Counted from the stretch's first letter, positions 20,378-30,433 are shown. The stretch is DNA of 64,000 nucleotides from Gemmatimonadales bacterium (GCA_041577295.1 JBFGJG010000002.1:96001-160000), one strand, 5' to 3'. A program made the numbers and translations. Notes: generated from the letters alone by a model not told the origin.

Positions 20378-20577
20378 CGACTTGCGCGATCTGTTACGGT
20401 CGCGCGGCGTTGTCGTCACTCTGTTGTTACACTTCCCCCCTAGACTGAATTGCGTGCCGGATAACACTCGAGGAAGTCGGGAACCGCATCGACGCTAATC
20501 GTACCGGCGCCTAAGCAAGCACAAGCAACGAGGCCAGTCATTCGGGACTCGCCGAATGCTGGTTGAAGGGAGAGGTG

Positions 20578-21681
20578 ATGATCCCCCCCCAAACCGCGTT
20601 ATGGAACATGGTTCGATTCGTCGTCGCGCTTTGTGCCCTGGGGAGCAGCCTTTACACGACCGCCGATGCGCAAGTCGAGGTTCGCTCGAATGCCGTCCAG
20701 ATTACGATTACCGGACGCCTGCACGCGCAGTTCAATACCACGTCGGTGACCGATGAACCGGAGGCCGAGTTCCTCATTCGTAGGGCCCGTCTAGCTGCGG
20801 AGCTCAGGATCAACGATTTCGTGAGCGGGAAGGTCGAACCGGACTTCGGTGAAGGCAAGATCGCTCTCAAGGATGCCTGGGTGCGCCTGACCTTCGACCG
20901 GGCGTTTCGAGCCACCGTCGGACAGTTCAAACGACCATTCGACCTGTTCGAGCTGACTAGCTCCACCCAAATCTTGGTCGTCGAACGGACCGGGGAGGTC
21001 CGCGGAGTGGATTCCTGTGCAGGTCCCGGCGGCACCTGCACCTTGAGCCGCCTCACCGAGAAACTCCAGCTCAGCGACCGCGACATTGGGGTAATGTTCG
21101 ACGGCACGGATCCGGAGGGCAAGTTTCGTTACATGGTTGCCGTCACAAACGGCACGGGGTCGAATACGGAGGACGAAAACGGCTCTAAATCATTTTCGGG
21201 TCGCATCGCGGTGACTCCCGTCAAGGACGTGACCATCGCTGGCAACGTGGCAGCCCACGACTATTTGCTACCGGTCGCGCCAGATCTCGCGAACAACGAG
21301 TTTGCGGTGGCGTATGGCGGCGACATCGAGGTTGGAAACTTCAACAGCGGACTGCACTTCCAGGGCGGCGTGGTCGCCGGGGACAACTGGTTGAACCTGA
21401 TCGCGGACGAGCCCACGACCTTCGTGACCGCACAGGGAATTCTCAGCTGGAAGGTACCCGTGAACGAGAACCGGTTCGTGTCGGCACTCGAGCCTCTAGC
21501 GCGCGTGAGTTGGGCCGATCCGAACACCGACCTCGCTGATGACGAGGGTGTTCTGGCCACGGGAGGACTCATGGTCCATTTCACCGGTCGGAACAAGATT
21601 GCTGCCAACGTCGACGTGTGGTCTCCGGTTGTCGGAGATTCCGAATACTCGATCAAAGTGCAGTCCTACCTCTACTTCTAG
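20578..21681 (+). CDS. Outer-membrane porin (OprO/OprP-like)
   Basis: Signal peptide, F-x-IRRARL, LKDAW, GQFKRPF and RDIG motifs, C-terminal Phe. Confidence 0.75.
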   Translation: MIPPQTALWNMVRFVVALCALGSSLYTTADAQVEVRSNAVQITITGRLHAQFNTTSVTDEPEAEFLIRRARLAAELRINDFVSGKVEPDFGEGKIALKDAWVRLTFDRAFRATVGQFKRPFDLFELTSSTQILVVERTGEVRGVDSCAGPGGTCTLSRLTEKLQLSDRDIGVMFDGTDPEGKFRYMVAVTNGTGSNTEDENGSKSFSGRIAVTPVKDVTIAGNVAAHDYLLPVAPDLANNEFAVAYGGDIEVGNFNSGLHFQGGVVAGDNWLNLIADEPTTFVTAQGILSWKVPVNENRFVSALEPLARVSWADPNTDLADDEGVLATGGLMVHFTGRNKIAANVDVWSPVVGDSEYSIKVQSYLYF

Positions 21682-21827
21682 GCCCGTTAAGCCGCCTTCA
21701 TAAACCGGCCACACCGGCTTCATAAACGCCCCGCATAATTCCACGAGGTTTGTGTGGGGTGGCTCGTATTGTCCCTTGTTGACGGCCTCCGCACCGCATT
21801 CGCCGCATCAACTGGAGTTGTCAAGCG

Positions 21828-22259
21828 ATGGACAGTCGACTGTTTGCTTGTGTACTGCTCGCGACCATCACCGGTGCTGGTTGTACTGGCAATGCTGAGA
21901 TGGGAAATGCGCAAGAGCGGAGCGGCGACGAGGGCGCACGCTCTGCTGTTGCGGCGGAAGCACCGCCAAGCGGGCCCGTAAACCAGGAGATGGTGCAAAG
22001 AGGTGCACAGCTCTTTCAATCGAAGGGCTGCATTGGTTGCCACACTATTGGTAAGGGTCGCTTGACGGGACCAGATCTATCAGGTGTGACCGAGCGTCGA
22101 GATTACACCTGGATCATGGCCATGGTGATCAACCCCGATTCCATGCTCAAAAACGACGCGACGGCACGAAAACTCCTTGCTGAGTACATGACCCCTATGA
22201 TGAATGTTGGCGTGACGCGGGAAGAGGCACGCGCAATCTACGAGTACCTCCGTCAATAG
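21828..22259 (+). CDS. Cytochrome c lipoprotein, probable electron donor to NosZ
   Basis: Lipobox-like GAGC, CIGCH, GPDL and distal Met. Directly upstream of nosZ. Confidence 0.88.
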   Translation: MDSRLFACVLLATITGAGCTGNAEMGNAQERSGDEGARSAVAAEAPPSGPVNQEMVQRGAQLFQSKGCIGCHTIGKGRLTGPDLSGVTERRDYTWIMAMVINPDSMLKNDATARKLLAEYMTPMMNVGVTREEARAIYEYLRQ

Positions 22260-22323
22260 TACGGAGGGGGTTCGGCTGCCTTGGCGTGGCGTGACGGCAC
22301 CCCATCACAACGGAGTAATCTCA

Positions 22324-24285
22324 ATGCGATCGAATCGAATCTTGGGAATCGTTACCGCGGCTGCTGTGGTCGCGCTCGTGACAGTCGCTGGGCTTCAGTC
22401 GTGTGCAGGACCTGGAGCGACCGCGGATGTCGGATCGATTGCTCGGGCACGGGGCTTGAGCGACGCAGATGTCGTTGCAGCGGTCAAGACTTACCAACCG
22501 ACCGGGCGCACCGACGAGTACATCCTGTTTGCATCAGGAGGTCACTCGGGTCAGGTGTTGGTAATCGGTGTGCCGTCGATGCGCCTGCTCAAGGTAATTG
22601 CGGCGTTCACGCCTGAGCCGTGGCAGGGCTTCGCCTACGGCGCGGAAGAACACAAGGCGCTCATGGCCAATGCGCGCATGTCAGATCACGACATCACATG
22701 GGGTGACACCCATCACCCCGCGCTGTCCGAAACCGACGCGGATTATGACGGGCAGTTCCTGTTCATCAACGACAAGGCGAACCCCCGCATCGCCGTCATC
22801 GACCTGCGTGATTTTGAGACGAAGCAGATCGTGACGAATCCCAATATGGGAACCAATCACGGCGGCGCGTTCGTCACCCCGAATACCGAGTATATCATCG
22901 AGGGTGCCCAGTACTCGGTGCCTTTGTGGGTGGACTACGCCGACGTCGACCGGTACAAGGAGGACTATCGGGGTTTGGTCACAATGTGGAAGTTCGACCG
23001 CGAGCGTGGCCGTATCGATGAGGGCCGGTCCTTCTCGATCGAATTGCCCCCGTACTGGCACGACCTCGCCGACGCGGGTAGGGGTCCGTCGGCCGGCTGG
23101 GCGTTCCTGAACTCCTTCAATACCGAGATGGCCACGGGTGGAATCGAGGCTGGCAATCCGCCGTTCGAAGCTGGTGCCTCACAGAACGACATGGATTACC
23201 TCCACGTCATCAACTGGCAACTGGCGGAGCAGGTCGCTGGCCAAGCGGGGAAGACGCGCATGGCCCGGGGGCAACGGGTGATCCCGCTGCAAACCGCAAT
23301 TGACGAGGGAATCTTGTTCTTCATCCCCGAGCCCAAGAGCCCACACGGCGCCGACGTGACTCCAGATGGCCGATACCTCATCGTCTCCGGCAAGCTGGAC
23401 CCGCACGTCACGGTGTACTCCTGGGAGAAGATTCAGCAGGCGATCGAGGACAAATCGTTCAGCGACACCGATGCGTACGGTGTGCCCATCATAGATTTCA
23501 ATTCGGTCATTGATGGACAGCTCGAGGTTGGGCTCGGCCCGCTGCACACGCAGTTTGACGGTGAGGGCAACGCCTACACGAGCATCTTCTTGGACACCAA
23601 GGTCACGAAGTGGAGTCTGAATCCGCTTCAAGTGGTCGACCAGATCGACGTACACTACAATGTTGGTCACCTGGCAGCGGCCGAGGGTGATACCCGCTCG
23701 CCAGATGGTAAGTACCTCATCGCGATGAACAAGTGGTCGATCGATCGATTCAACGATGTCGGACCACTGCTGCCCCAGAACTTTCAGCTGATCGACATTA
23801 CTGGTGACGAGATGCAGCTGCTCTACGACATGCCGATCGGTATCGGTGAGCCGCACTACGCACAAATGATCAAATCCGACAAACTGCAACCGTTCCGCGT
23901 CTATCCGCAGATCGGATACGATCCCGGCATCATGGGTCCGGCGGAGCATGCTGTCCAGGCTGGCCAAGAGGGCATCGTGCGGCGTGGAAACGAAGTGACC
24001 GTTCGTATGACGGCCATCCGCAGCCACTTCACGCCCGAGTACATCCGCGTGCGGCAGGGCGATCGGGTCACGATACACATTACCAGCACTGAGCAGGCGC
24101 ACGACGCCACGCACGGCTTCGGCATCACTAAGTACAACATCAACCTGAGCCTCGAGCCAGGTGAGTCGCAAACGGTCACGTTTGTCGCTGATCAGGCCGG
24201 GGTTTTCCCGTTCTACTGCACCGAGTTCTGCTCGGCGCTTCACCTCGAAATGACGGGATACTTGCTAGTCGAGCCGCGCGGCTAA
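22324..24285 (+). CDS. nosZ: Nitrous-oxide reductase, clade II (Sec-dependent)
   Basis: SGGHSGQ, DTHHP, NHGG, SPHG, GPLH and EPH CuZ ligands; CuA motif HGF...CTEFCSALHLEM. No twin-arginine signal. Confidence 0.96.
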   Translation: MRSNRILGIVTAAAVVALVTVAGLQSCAGPGATADVGSIARARGLSDADVVAAVKTYQPTGRTDEYILFASGGHSGQVLVIGVPSMRLLKVIAAFTPEPWQGFAYGAEEHKALMANARMSDHDITWGDTHHPALSETDADYDGQFLFINDKANPRIAVIDLRDFETKQIVTNPNMGTNHGGAFVTPNTEYIIEGAQYSVPLWVDYADVDRYKEDYRGLVTMWKFDRERGRIDEGRSFSIELPPYWHDLADAGRGPSAGWAFLNSFNTEMATGGIEAGNPPFEAGASQNDMDYLHVINWQLAEQVAGQAGKTRMARGQRVIPLQTAIDEGILFFIPEPKSPHGADVTPDGRYLIVSGKLDPHVTVYSWEKIQQAIEDKSFSDTDAYGVPIIDFNSVIDGQLEVGLGPLHTQFDGEGNAYTSIFLDTKVTKWSLNPLQVVDQIDVHYNVGHLAAAEGDTRSPDGKYLIAMNKWSIDRFNDVGPLLPQNFQLIDITGDEMQLLYDMPIGIGEPHYAQMIKSDKLQPFRVYPQIGYDPGIMGPAEHAVQAGQEGIVRRGNEVTVRMTAIRSHFTPEYIRVRQGDRVTIHITSTEQAHDATHGFGITKYNINLSLEPGESQTVTFVADQAGVFPFYCTEFCSALHLEMTGYLLVEPRG

Positions 24286-24296
24286 CAGCGGCGGCT

Positions 24297-24362
24297 CCCA
24301 TCACCCGTTACCGCCTTTTCACAGGCTCAAGAGCCTGTGGGAAGGCGGTGGCGGGTGATGGG
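24297..24362 (+). terminator. 32-bp RNA hairpin between nosZ and nosB (terminator or stabiliser)
   Basis: CCCATCACCCGTTACCGCCTTTTCACAGGCTC-AA-GAGCCTGTGGGAAGGCGGTGGCGGGTGATGGG. All four non-Watson-Crick positions are G-U pairs in the plus-strand RNA. Confidence 0.8.
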
Positions 24363-24385
24363 TCGCTAGCGAGATACTACACGAC

Positions 24386-24991
24386 ATGGACAAACTGACA
24401 TCATTCTTTCAGGGACAGCTTTCGCCGCTCAGTCGGATCCTGATGGTGGCGGCGACTTTAGCGCTGTTGCCCACTGTCCTGCTCCCTACGTGGAATATCA
24501 CGCTCAAGGCTCCGCAATATCCTCAGGGGCTGGAGCTCACGATTTATCCCAATACGGTTGCCGGCGATATCAGAGAAGTGAATCTCCTGAATCACTACAT
24601 TGGAATGGATGAGATCGAGCCAAACGAATTTCCGGAGTTTCGGTTCATTCCGTTCTTCATCCTTCGCTTTTTTGGCTTCGCGTTGCTGGCAGCGCTGATT
24701 GGCCGCATGCCCATCGCGGCGTTGGGATGGATGGACTTCGTACTCTTTGGCGTTGTGATGCTCTACACAATGCAGCACTGGTTAGCAGAGTATGGCCAGA
24801 ATCTCGCTCCCACCGCGCCTCTGAAAATCGAACCGTTTACGCCCCAATTCATCGGCAACACGGCGATCGGACAGTTCAGCGTATCCAGCTGGCCGGGGTC
24901 GGGAGCCATCTTAATGGCGGTTGCAGGTCTGATCGGCCCCGCGATCGTGCTCTATGAATGGCGACGCATGCGGCAGGTGGCCGCCGCGTGA
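24386..24991 (+). CDS. nosB: Clade II nos-associated membrane protein NosB
   Basis: W-x-I-x-L-x-APQYPQGL and NLLNHYIGM motifs, four TMs, located after nosZ. Confidence 0.88.
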   Translation: MDKLTSFFQGQLSPLSRILMVAATLALLPTVLLPTWNITLKAPQYPQGLELTIYPNTVAGDIREVNLLNHYIGMDEIEPNEFPEFRFIPFFILRFFGFALLAALIGRMPIAALGWMDFVLFGVVMLYTMQHWLAEYGQNLAPTAPLKIEPFTPQFIGNTAIGQFSVSSWPGSGAILMAVAGLIGPAIVLYEWRRMRQVAAA

Positions 24992-26340
24992 TCAGTTTAA
25001 TATTCGCCGCACTCGTGCAGGCCCAAGCGGTGACGGTACCCGTTGGCCCTGGCCACCTGTACACATCCATCACCGACGGTCTCGCCGCAGCGACGGTTGA
25101 CGATACCGTGCTCGTGGCACCGGGCGTCTATCACGAGCACATCCAAATCACCAAGCCCATCGTTCTCCGCGGTCGCCCTGGCGCTGTCATCGAGGGTGAC
25201 GGGCGCGGGACCGTCATCACCGTCATGGCACCGTCGGTCATCTCCGGGTTCACGATCCGCGGCTCCGGCAGCGAGCAATATCGAGAGCACTCAGGAGTGC
25301 TGGCTCAAGCGGCGCACGGTCTCGTCGTCGAAGACAACGAGATTGAGGATGTTCTCTTCGGGATCTACGTCAAGCAGAGCGACAGCGTGATCATCCGGCG
25401 GAACGTCATTGTTGGCAAACGGCTAGCCACTCCACTCAGGGGGGACGGGATTCGACTGTGGTATAGCAACGGAGCCCTGGTCACAGACAACGAGGTCGAG
25501 CGAACGCGCGACTTGGTTGTCTGGTTCTCGAACGACGCGACGATCCGCCAAAACGTTGTACGCGATGGGCGTTACGGGCTACACTACATGTACAGTCACC
25601 GTAATGTCTTCGAGGAGAACCGGTTCTTAGGTAATCAGGTGGGGGCTTTCATCATGTACTCGGCGGATATCGTATTCCGCCGAAACCTCTTTGCGGACGC
25701 GCGAGGTACGACAGGAAGAGGGTTGGGTTTCAAGGACGCCGACCGAATCACCGCGACCGAGAACACCCTCGTGAAGAATGCCATCGGAATCTCGATCGAT
25801 AACTCTCCACAAAGCGCTGGTGCTCGCAACGTTTTTCGTAACAACCTGATTGCTTACAACGACATGGCGGTGTCCATGCTGCCGTCCGTTCATAGCAATG
25901 TGTTCGAAGACAACGCCTTCGTCGACAATGTGCAGACGATCAGCGTTTCTGGAGGAGGAACAGCCCTCGCCAACAACTGGCGTGGAAACCACTGGAGTGA
26001 CTACGCAGGCTTCGACGCAAACCACAACGGGTATGGCGACACCCCCTTCAGCGTGGAACGGCTGTCGGACGACCTCCTCGACCAACACGAAGCGCTGAGA
26101 ATACTGAACCTGAGCCCCGCACTCGCGTTGGTGAACACGCTGAGCCGCGTGCTGCCGTTCCTGGCACCCGAGCCCCTCGTGATCGACTCGATCCCGCGAC
26201 TACAGCGGTACACGCTCGGTGACGCCGCCAAGCCTGGCACTCAGAACGCTCCAGGGGCAGCGGCCGGATTCGCGGTAACAGCGGTGCTCGCTGGGCTGTG
26301 CGCGTTTTGGCTGCGACGCCCGCTCCGAGAGACCCAATGA
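24988..26340 (+). CDS. nosD: N2O reductase maturation protein NosD
   Basis: Beta-helix repeats, RGDGIRLW, RYGLHYMYS and GNHWSDY...GYGDTP motifs. GTGA overlap with nosB. Confidence 0.93.
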   Translation: MISLIFAALVQAQAVTVPVGPGHLYTSITDGLAAATVDDTVLVAPGVYHEHIQITKPIVLRGRPGAVIEGDGRGTVITVMAPSVISGFTIRGSGSEQYREHSGVLAQAAHGLVVEDNEIEDVLFGIYVKQSDSVIIRRNVIVGKRLATPLRGDGIRLWYSNGALVTDNEVERTRDLVVWFSNDATIRQNVVRDGRYGLHYMYSHRNVFEENRFLGNQVGAFIMYSADIVFRRNLFADARGTTGRGLGFKDADRITATENTLVKNAIGISIDNSPQSAGARNVFRNNLIAYNDMAVSMLPSVHSNVFEDNAFVDNVQTISVSGGGTALANNWRGNHWSDYAGFDANHNGYGDTPFSVERLSDDLLDQHEALRILNLSPALALVNTLSRVLPFLAPEPLVIDSIPRLQRYTLGDAAKPGTQNAPGAAAGFAVTAVLAGLCAFWLRRPLRETQ

Positions 26341-27242
26341 TCGTCGCACGCGGTCTCGCCAAGCAGTACGGCCGGCAGCGGGTGCTGGACGCCGTCGATC
26401 TGAACATCGACCAGGGCGAGCGGGTTGCCCTCGTCGGCCTCAACGGTGCGGGCAAGACCACGCTGATCCGGTGTCTCCTCGGGCTCGTGCCGTTCGAGGG
26501 AGACTTGCGCATCGCTGGTTACGACGTGCGCAAGGAAGGACGTGCCGTGCGTCGCTCCCTGGGCTACGTACCCCAACGGGCTCCCTACTTTGATGGCCGG
26601 CTCTCCGAGGTCATCGCGTTCTTCGCATCTCTTCGAGGTGTCGCCTTTGAGGCCGTCACGGCACGACTCACCTCACTCGGGCTGTCGCTCGTCGAACACG
26701 GTGACAAACAGATGCGAGAGCTATCCGGCGGCATGCTCCAGAAGGTGCTACTCGCTCTGGCATTGGACGGTGACACGCCCGTGCTACTTCTCGACGAGCC
26801 GACGGCCAACCTCGACCCCAGAGCGCGCGCAGAGTTCCTACGCAGCCTCGGACCAATCGACGACCAAAAAACGGTCGTCCTGGCATCGCACCGACTCACC
26901 GATGTCCAAGCGGTCGCGAAGCGCCTGATCGTGTTGCATGGTGGATCAATTGTGTTTGACGGAAGCGTGGCGGCACTCTGGGAGCGAGTAGGAGCTACGC
27001 AGACGCTCTGGGTCCGGGTCCCGCCCGAGGCGCGAGATCCGCTCGGTGAGCGTCTCCGAGCCCGCTTCCGGCAGGGGATGGTCGTTGCGAACGGATCGGC
27101 GCTTGGTATACCCGTCGCGGATGGCGCGGGCGTCGATGTGCTCGTTGAGTTGCGTGAGTCCGGCATCCACGTGGAAGACTTCTGGACCGAAAGCCCTTCC
27201 CTACAGAACGTCCTCGAGCACCTGCTCGGTGAGAACGTATGA
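26337..27242 (+). CDS. nosF: ABC transporter ATP-binding protein NosF
   Basis: GLNGAGKTT, LSGGM and LLLDEP motifs. ATGA overlap with nosD. Confidence 0.9.
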   Translation: MIVARGLAKQYGRQRVLDAVDLNIDQGERVALVGLNGAGKTTLIRCLLGLVPFEGDLRIAGYDVRKEGRAVRRSLGYVPQRAPYFDGRLSEVIAFFASLRGVAFEAVTARLTSLGLSLVEHGDKQMRELSGGMLQKVLLALALDGDTPVLLLDEPTANLDPRARAEFLRSLGPIDDQKTVVLASHRLTDVQAVAKRLIVLHGGSIVFDGSVAALWERVGATQTLWVRVPPEARDPLGERLRARFRQGMVVANGSALGIPVADGAGVDVLVELRESGIHVEDFWTESPSLQNVLEHLLGENV

Positions 27243-28057
27243 TGACCACCGCCACACTCTTCGTCCGACGAGAGGTCGCGACCGCGCTTCGGACCCGATG
27301 GTTCCTGATCTACTCGGCCATCTTCCTCGTAAGTGGAATCCTGCTCGTCAGTCTCGGGAATCTCAACGTCGCGCTGTACGGGTACCGGGGATTTGCGAAA
27401 GCGTTTGCCGGTCTAGTGCATCTTGCGATGCTCTTCGTGCCGGTGATGGCGCTTCTCCCGGCGACCGCGACGATTGCCGAAGAACGAGAGAGTGGAGCGC
27501 TGGAGTATCTGCTCGCCCAACCGGTCAGCTTTGGTCAGGTCTTTTTTGGAAAGTGGGCGGGAGTGAGTGTGGCAGTGCTCCTTGCCTTGATCGTGGGGTT
27601 CGCCGCGGCCGGCGCAGTCGCCGTGCTTCGAGGCGTGCCACCGGCGCTGATCATCACCCTGTTCGGATTCGTGATCCTGCTGGCGCTCGCATTCGTGGCC
27701 CTGGGCCTATGCATTTCGGCCATCGCATCGGCACGGGCTCAGGCTGTTACGTGGGGGCTCATTGCATGGTTGGCGCTCGTCGTGCTGAGCGGCCTCGGCG
27801 TCCTCGTCGCTTTCGTCCGCTGGGGAATCTCCGAGCGTCTGCTCGTGCTGTGGACGTTCATCAATCCCACCGAAGCCTTCCGCATTGGGATTGTCACCGT
27901 TTTGGATCCCGATCTGAGCCTGCTCGGCCCTCTGGGGGCGAATATTGTCGAACGGCTCGGCGCCGGGGGAACGGTGGCACTCACAGGACTGACGCTCACC
28001 GCGTGGATCGTCCTCCCAGGTCTTGTCGGCTGGCTGGTGTTTCGACGGGCGCGGTAG
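27239..28057 (+). CDS. nosY: ABC-2 permease NosY
   Basis: EERESGALEYLLAQP...GK and NP-x-EAFR motifs, about six TMs. Confidence 0.88.
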   Translation: MMTTATLFVRREVATALRTRWFLIYSAIFLVSGILLVSLGNLNVALYGYRGFAKAFAGLVHLAMLFVPVMALLPATATIAEERESGALEYLLAQPVSFGQVFFGKWAGVSVAVLLALIVGFAAAGAVAVLRGVPPALIITLFGFVILLALAFVALGLCISAIASARAQAVTWGLIAWLALVVLSGLGVLVAFVRWGISERLLVLWTFINPTEAFRIGIVTVLDPDLSLLGPLGANIVERLGAGGTVALTGLTLTAWIVLPGLVGWLVFRRAR

Positions 28058-28132
28058 AGACCTACCGAAACCGATAGACCCATTACTTTTCTCGTCGACC
28101 CAACCAATCCCCATTCGGGACGAGCGCGACGA

Positions 28133-30421
28133 ATGCCAAACTTTCAGATCATGAGACCGGATGCCCCGGCGACCATGTTTGCCGCGGTCATCATGTGTGT
28201 ATCGGTGGGTTGTGGATCGACCAGTCAACCGGTGAGTGAACCTGCGCCCCAACCGCCAGTCCCAACGCCGGTCGGCGCGCCGGCTGCGCAGGGCGACTCA
28301 CTTTCGGTCACCACCGGGCGCCAACCGCCGGCAGCGCCCCTCGCCACGGATCTCGACACGGTCAAAGCTGGGCGCTTTGACAACGGAAAGATGTGGACCT
28401 TTGAGTACCCGCCGCTCGAGTATTTCGCTGAGACATATGCGTTCAGTCCAGACTCCGCGTGGTTCGCCCGCGCGCGTCTTGGCGCGCTTAGGCTCCCTAA
28501 TTGCTCTGCCTCGTTCGTTTCGCCCCACGGCCTCGTTCTCACAAATCATCACTGCGCCAGAGAGAGCGTCTCCGAGGTTTCGAACCCAGGGGAAGAGCTA
28601 CTGGACAGAGGCTTCTATGCCCAGTCGGTCGATGCAGAGCGCCGGGCCGAGACGCACGCCGACCAACTCATCGCGATTCGTGACGTCTCGTCGGAAATTG
28701 AGTCCGCACTCATGGGGATCCTCGACGATTCCGCACGGGTCCGCGCCCGCGAGGAGGCGATGGAAGCCATCGAGGCTCGGATCCTGTCGGAGCACGGTGG
28801 AGAGGACAGTGGCCACGTTGTGGAGGTCATTTCATTGTGGGACGGAGCAAAGTATTCGGCCTACATCTTTCGACGATATCACGATGTTCGCCTCGTGCTC
28901 GCCCCCGAACTGCAAATCGGGTTCTTTGGCGGCGATCCGGACAATTTTACATTCCCCCGGTACAACCTCGATATGTCGTTCTACCGCGTGTACGGGGATG
29001 ATGGTCAGCCGTTGAAAACGGACGTCTACTTCCCATGGAGCAGGGACGGCGTTCGCGGAGGCAACGCAGTCTTCGTCATCGGCAATCCCGGATCCACGAA
29101 TAGACTCCAGACCGTGGCCCAGCTGGAGCTCCGGCGCGATGTCCTCGACAAAGGCATTCTGGGCTTTGTGAGAAGTCGGGCGGACGCGCTCCAAGAGTTT
29201 GCCGATCGCCATCCGGCTGCAGCCGAGGAGCTCGACCTTCGGAACACGATTTTCAGCCTGCGGAACTCGCAAAAGGCCTACCAGGGAATGTGGGAAGGAC
29301 TCCGCGACCCCATCATCATGGCAAAGCGTGTCGACAGTGAACGGCAGTTTCGCGCAGCGATCACCAACGACCCCGAGCTGCGTGCGAAGTACGGTGACCT
29401 GCTCGATCAGATGGCAGAAGTTCAGCGGCAAAAGCGAGAGCTGGCGTCAGATTTTCATGCCTTCCTAGCAATGGGAAACCCGTCATACACGTCCACGACG
29501 TTGCTGCGCGGATTCAATGCCTTTCAGTATCTGTCTGCCCAACAGGGTGGCGCACCACCGGAGGCGCTCACCGAGCTCGAGGGTGAACTGCTGGCAATCG
29601 AGGATCAGCCCCGCGAAATGCAGACGGCTCTGCTCGCCGCTCGGCTCGATGACATCGCACAGGCCTTCGGCAAAGATGATCCGATGGTAACCTCGCTCTT
29701 GCGTGGCCGGTCCCCATCAACTGCTGCCGAGCAAATCGTATCGCAATCGGTTCTCAGTGATTCAGCTAGAACAGCCGCGGCACTCGAGGGCGGAACGCTC
29801 ACCATGAACGACCCGGCGCTTCGGATGATCATGGCGTTTCTCCAACGATTCGTGGCCTATCAAGGGCGATTTGGCTCGCTGCTCGAACGGGAAGGTGAGC
29901 TTGCCAACCGCCTAGGACGAGCTCGCTTCGATGTGTACGGTACCAAGATCCCACCTGATGCCACCTTTTCCCTGCGCATCGCCGATGGCGTGGTCCGAGG
30001 ATACGACTACAACGGGACGATGGCACCGACCCACACTACGTTTTACGGACTGTACGATCGGTTCTACGGACATGACGGAAGCGAATGGGAACTGCCTAAC
30101 AGATGGCTCAGTCCCCCGGCGACCTTCGACCTCTCGACGCCACTGAACTTCGTGCTGACCGCCGATATCATCGGAGGAAACTCCGGTTCGCCGGTGATCG
30201 ACCGTGACCTCCGTTTGGTCGGGCTGATTTTCGATGGGAATATCGAAAGCCTGCCGGGGGATTACATCTACGATCCGCGCGCGAACCGGGCCGTCGCGGT
30301 AGACGCCCGTGGGATCTTGGAGGCGCTCGACGACATCTACGACGCAGACCGAATCGTCCTCGAGCTGACCACGGGGCGGTTAGCTCGAACCGAGGCAGAG
30401 GCGGACGCGGCGATGCGATGA
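28133..30421 (+). CDS. S46 family dipeptidyl peptidase (DPP7/DAP BII-like), probable lipoprotein
   Basis: GKMW, CSASFVS, TNHHC, FGGDPDN and DIIGGNSGSP motifs. Confidence 0.93.
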   Translation: MPNFQIMRPDAPATMFAAVIMCVSVGCGSTSQPVSEPAPQPPVPTPVGAPAAQGDSLSVTTGRQPPAAPLATDLDTVKAGRFDNGKMWTFEYPPLEYFAETYAFSPDSAWFARARLGALRLPNCSASFVSPHGLVLTNHHCARESVSEVSNPGEELLDRGFYAQSVDAERRAETHADQLIAIRDVSSEIESALMGILDDSARVRAREEAMEAIEARILSEHGGEDSGHVVEVISLWDGAKYSAYIFRRYHDVRLVLAPELQIGFFGGDPDNFTFPRYNLDMSFYRVYGDDGQPLKTDVYFPWSRDGVRGGNAVFVIGNPGSTNRLQTVAQLELRRDVLDKGILGFVRSRADALQEFADRHPAAAEELDLRNTIFSLRNSQKAYQGMWEGLRDPIIMAKRVDSERQFRAAITNDPELRAKYGDLLDQMAEVQRQKRELASDFHAFLAMGNPSYTSTTLLRGFNAFQYLSAQQGGAPPEALTELEGELLAIEDQPREMQTALLAARLDDIAQAFGKDDPMVTSLLRGRSPSTAAEQIVSQSVLSDSARTAAALEGGTLTMNDPALRMIMAFLQRFVAYQGRFGSLLEREGELANRLGRARFDVYGTKIPPDATFSLRIADGVVRGYDYNGTMAPTHTTFYGLYDRFYGHDGSEWELPNRWLSPPATFDLSTPLNFVLTADIIGGNSGSPVIDRDLRLVGLIFDGNIESLPGDYIYDPRANRAVAVDARGILEALDDIYDADRIVLELTTGRLARTEAEADAAMR

Positions 30422-30433
30422 AACTGCCTCAGA

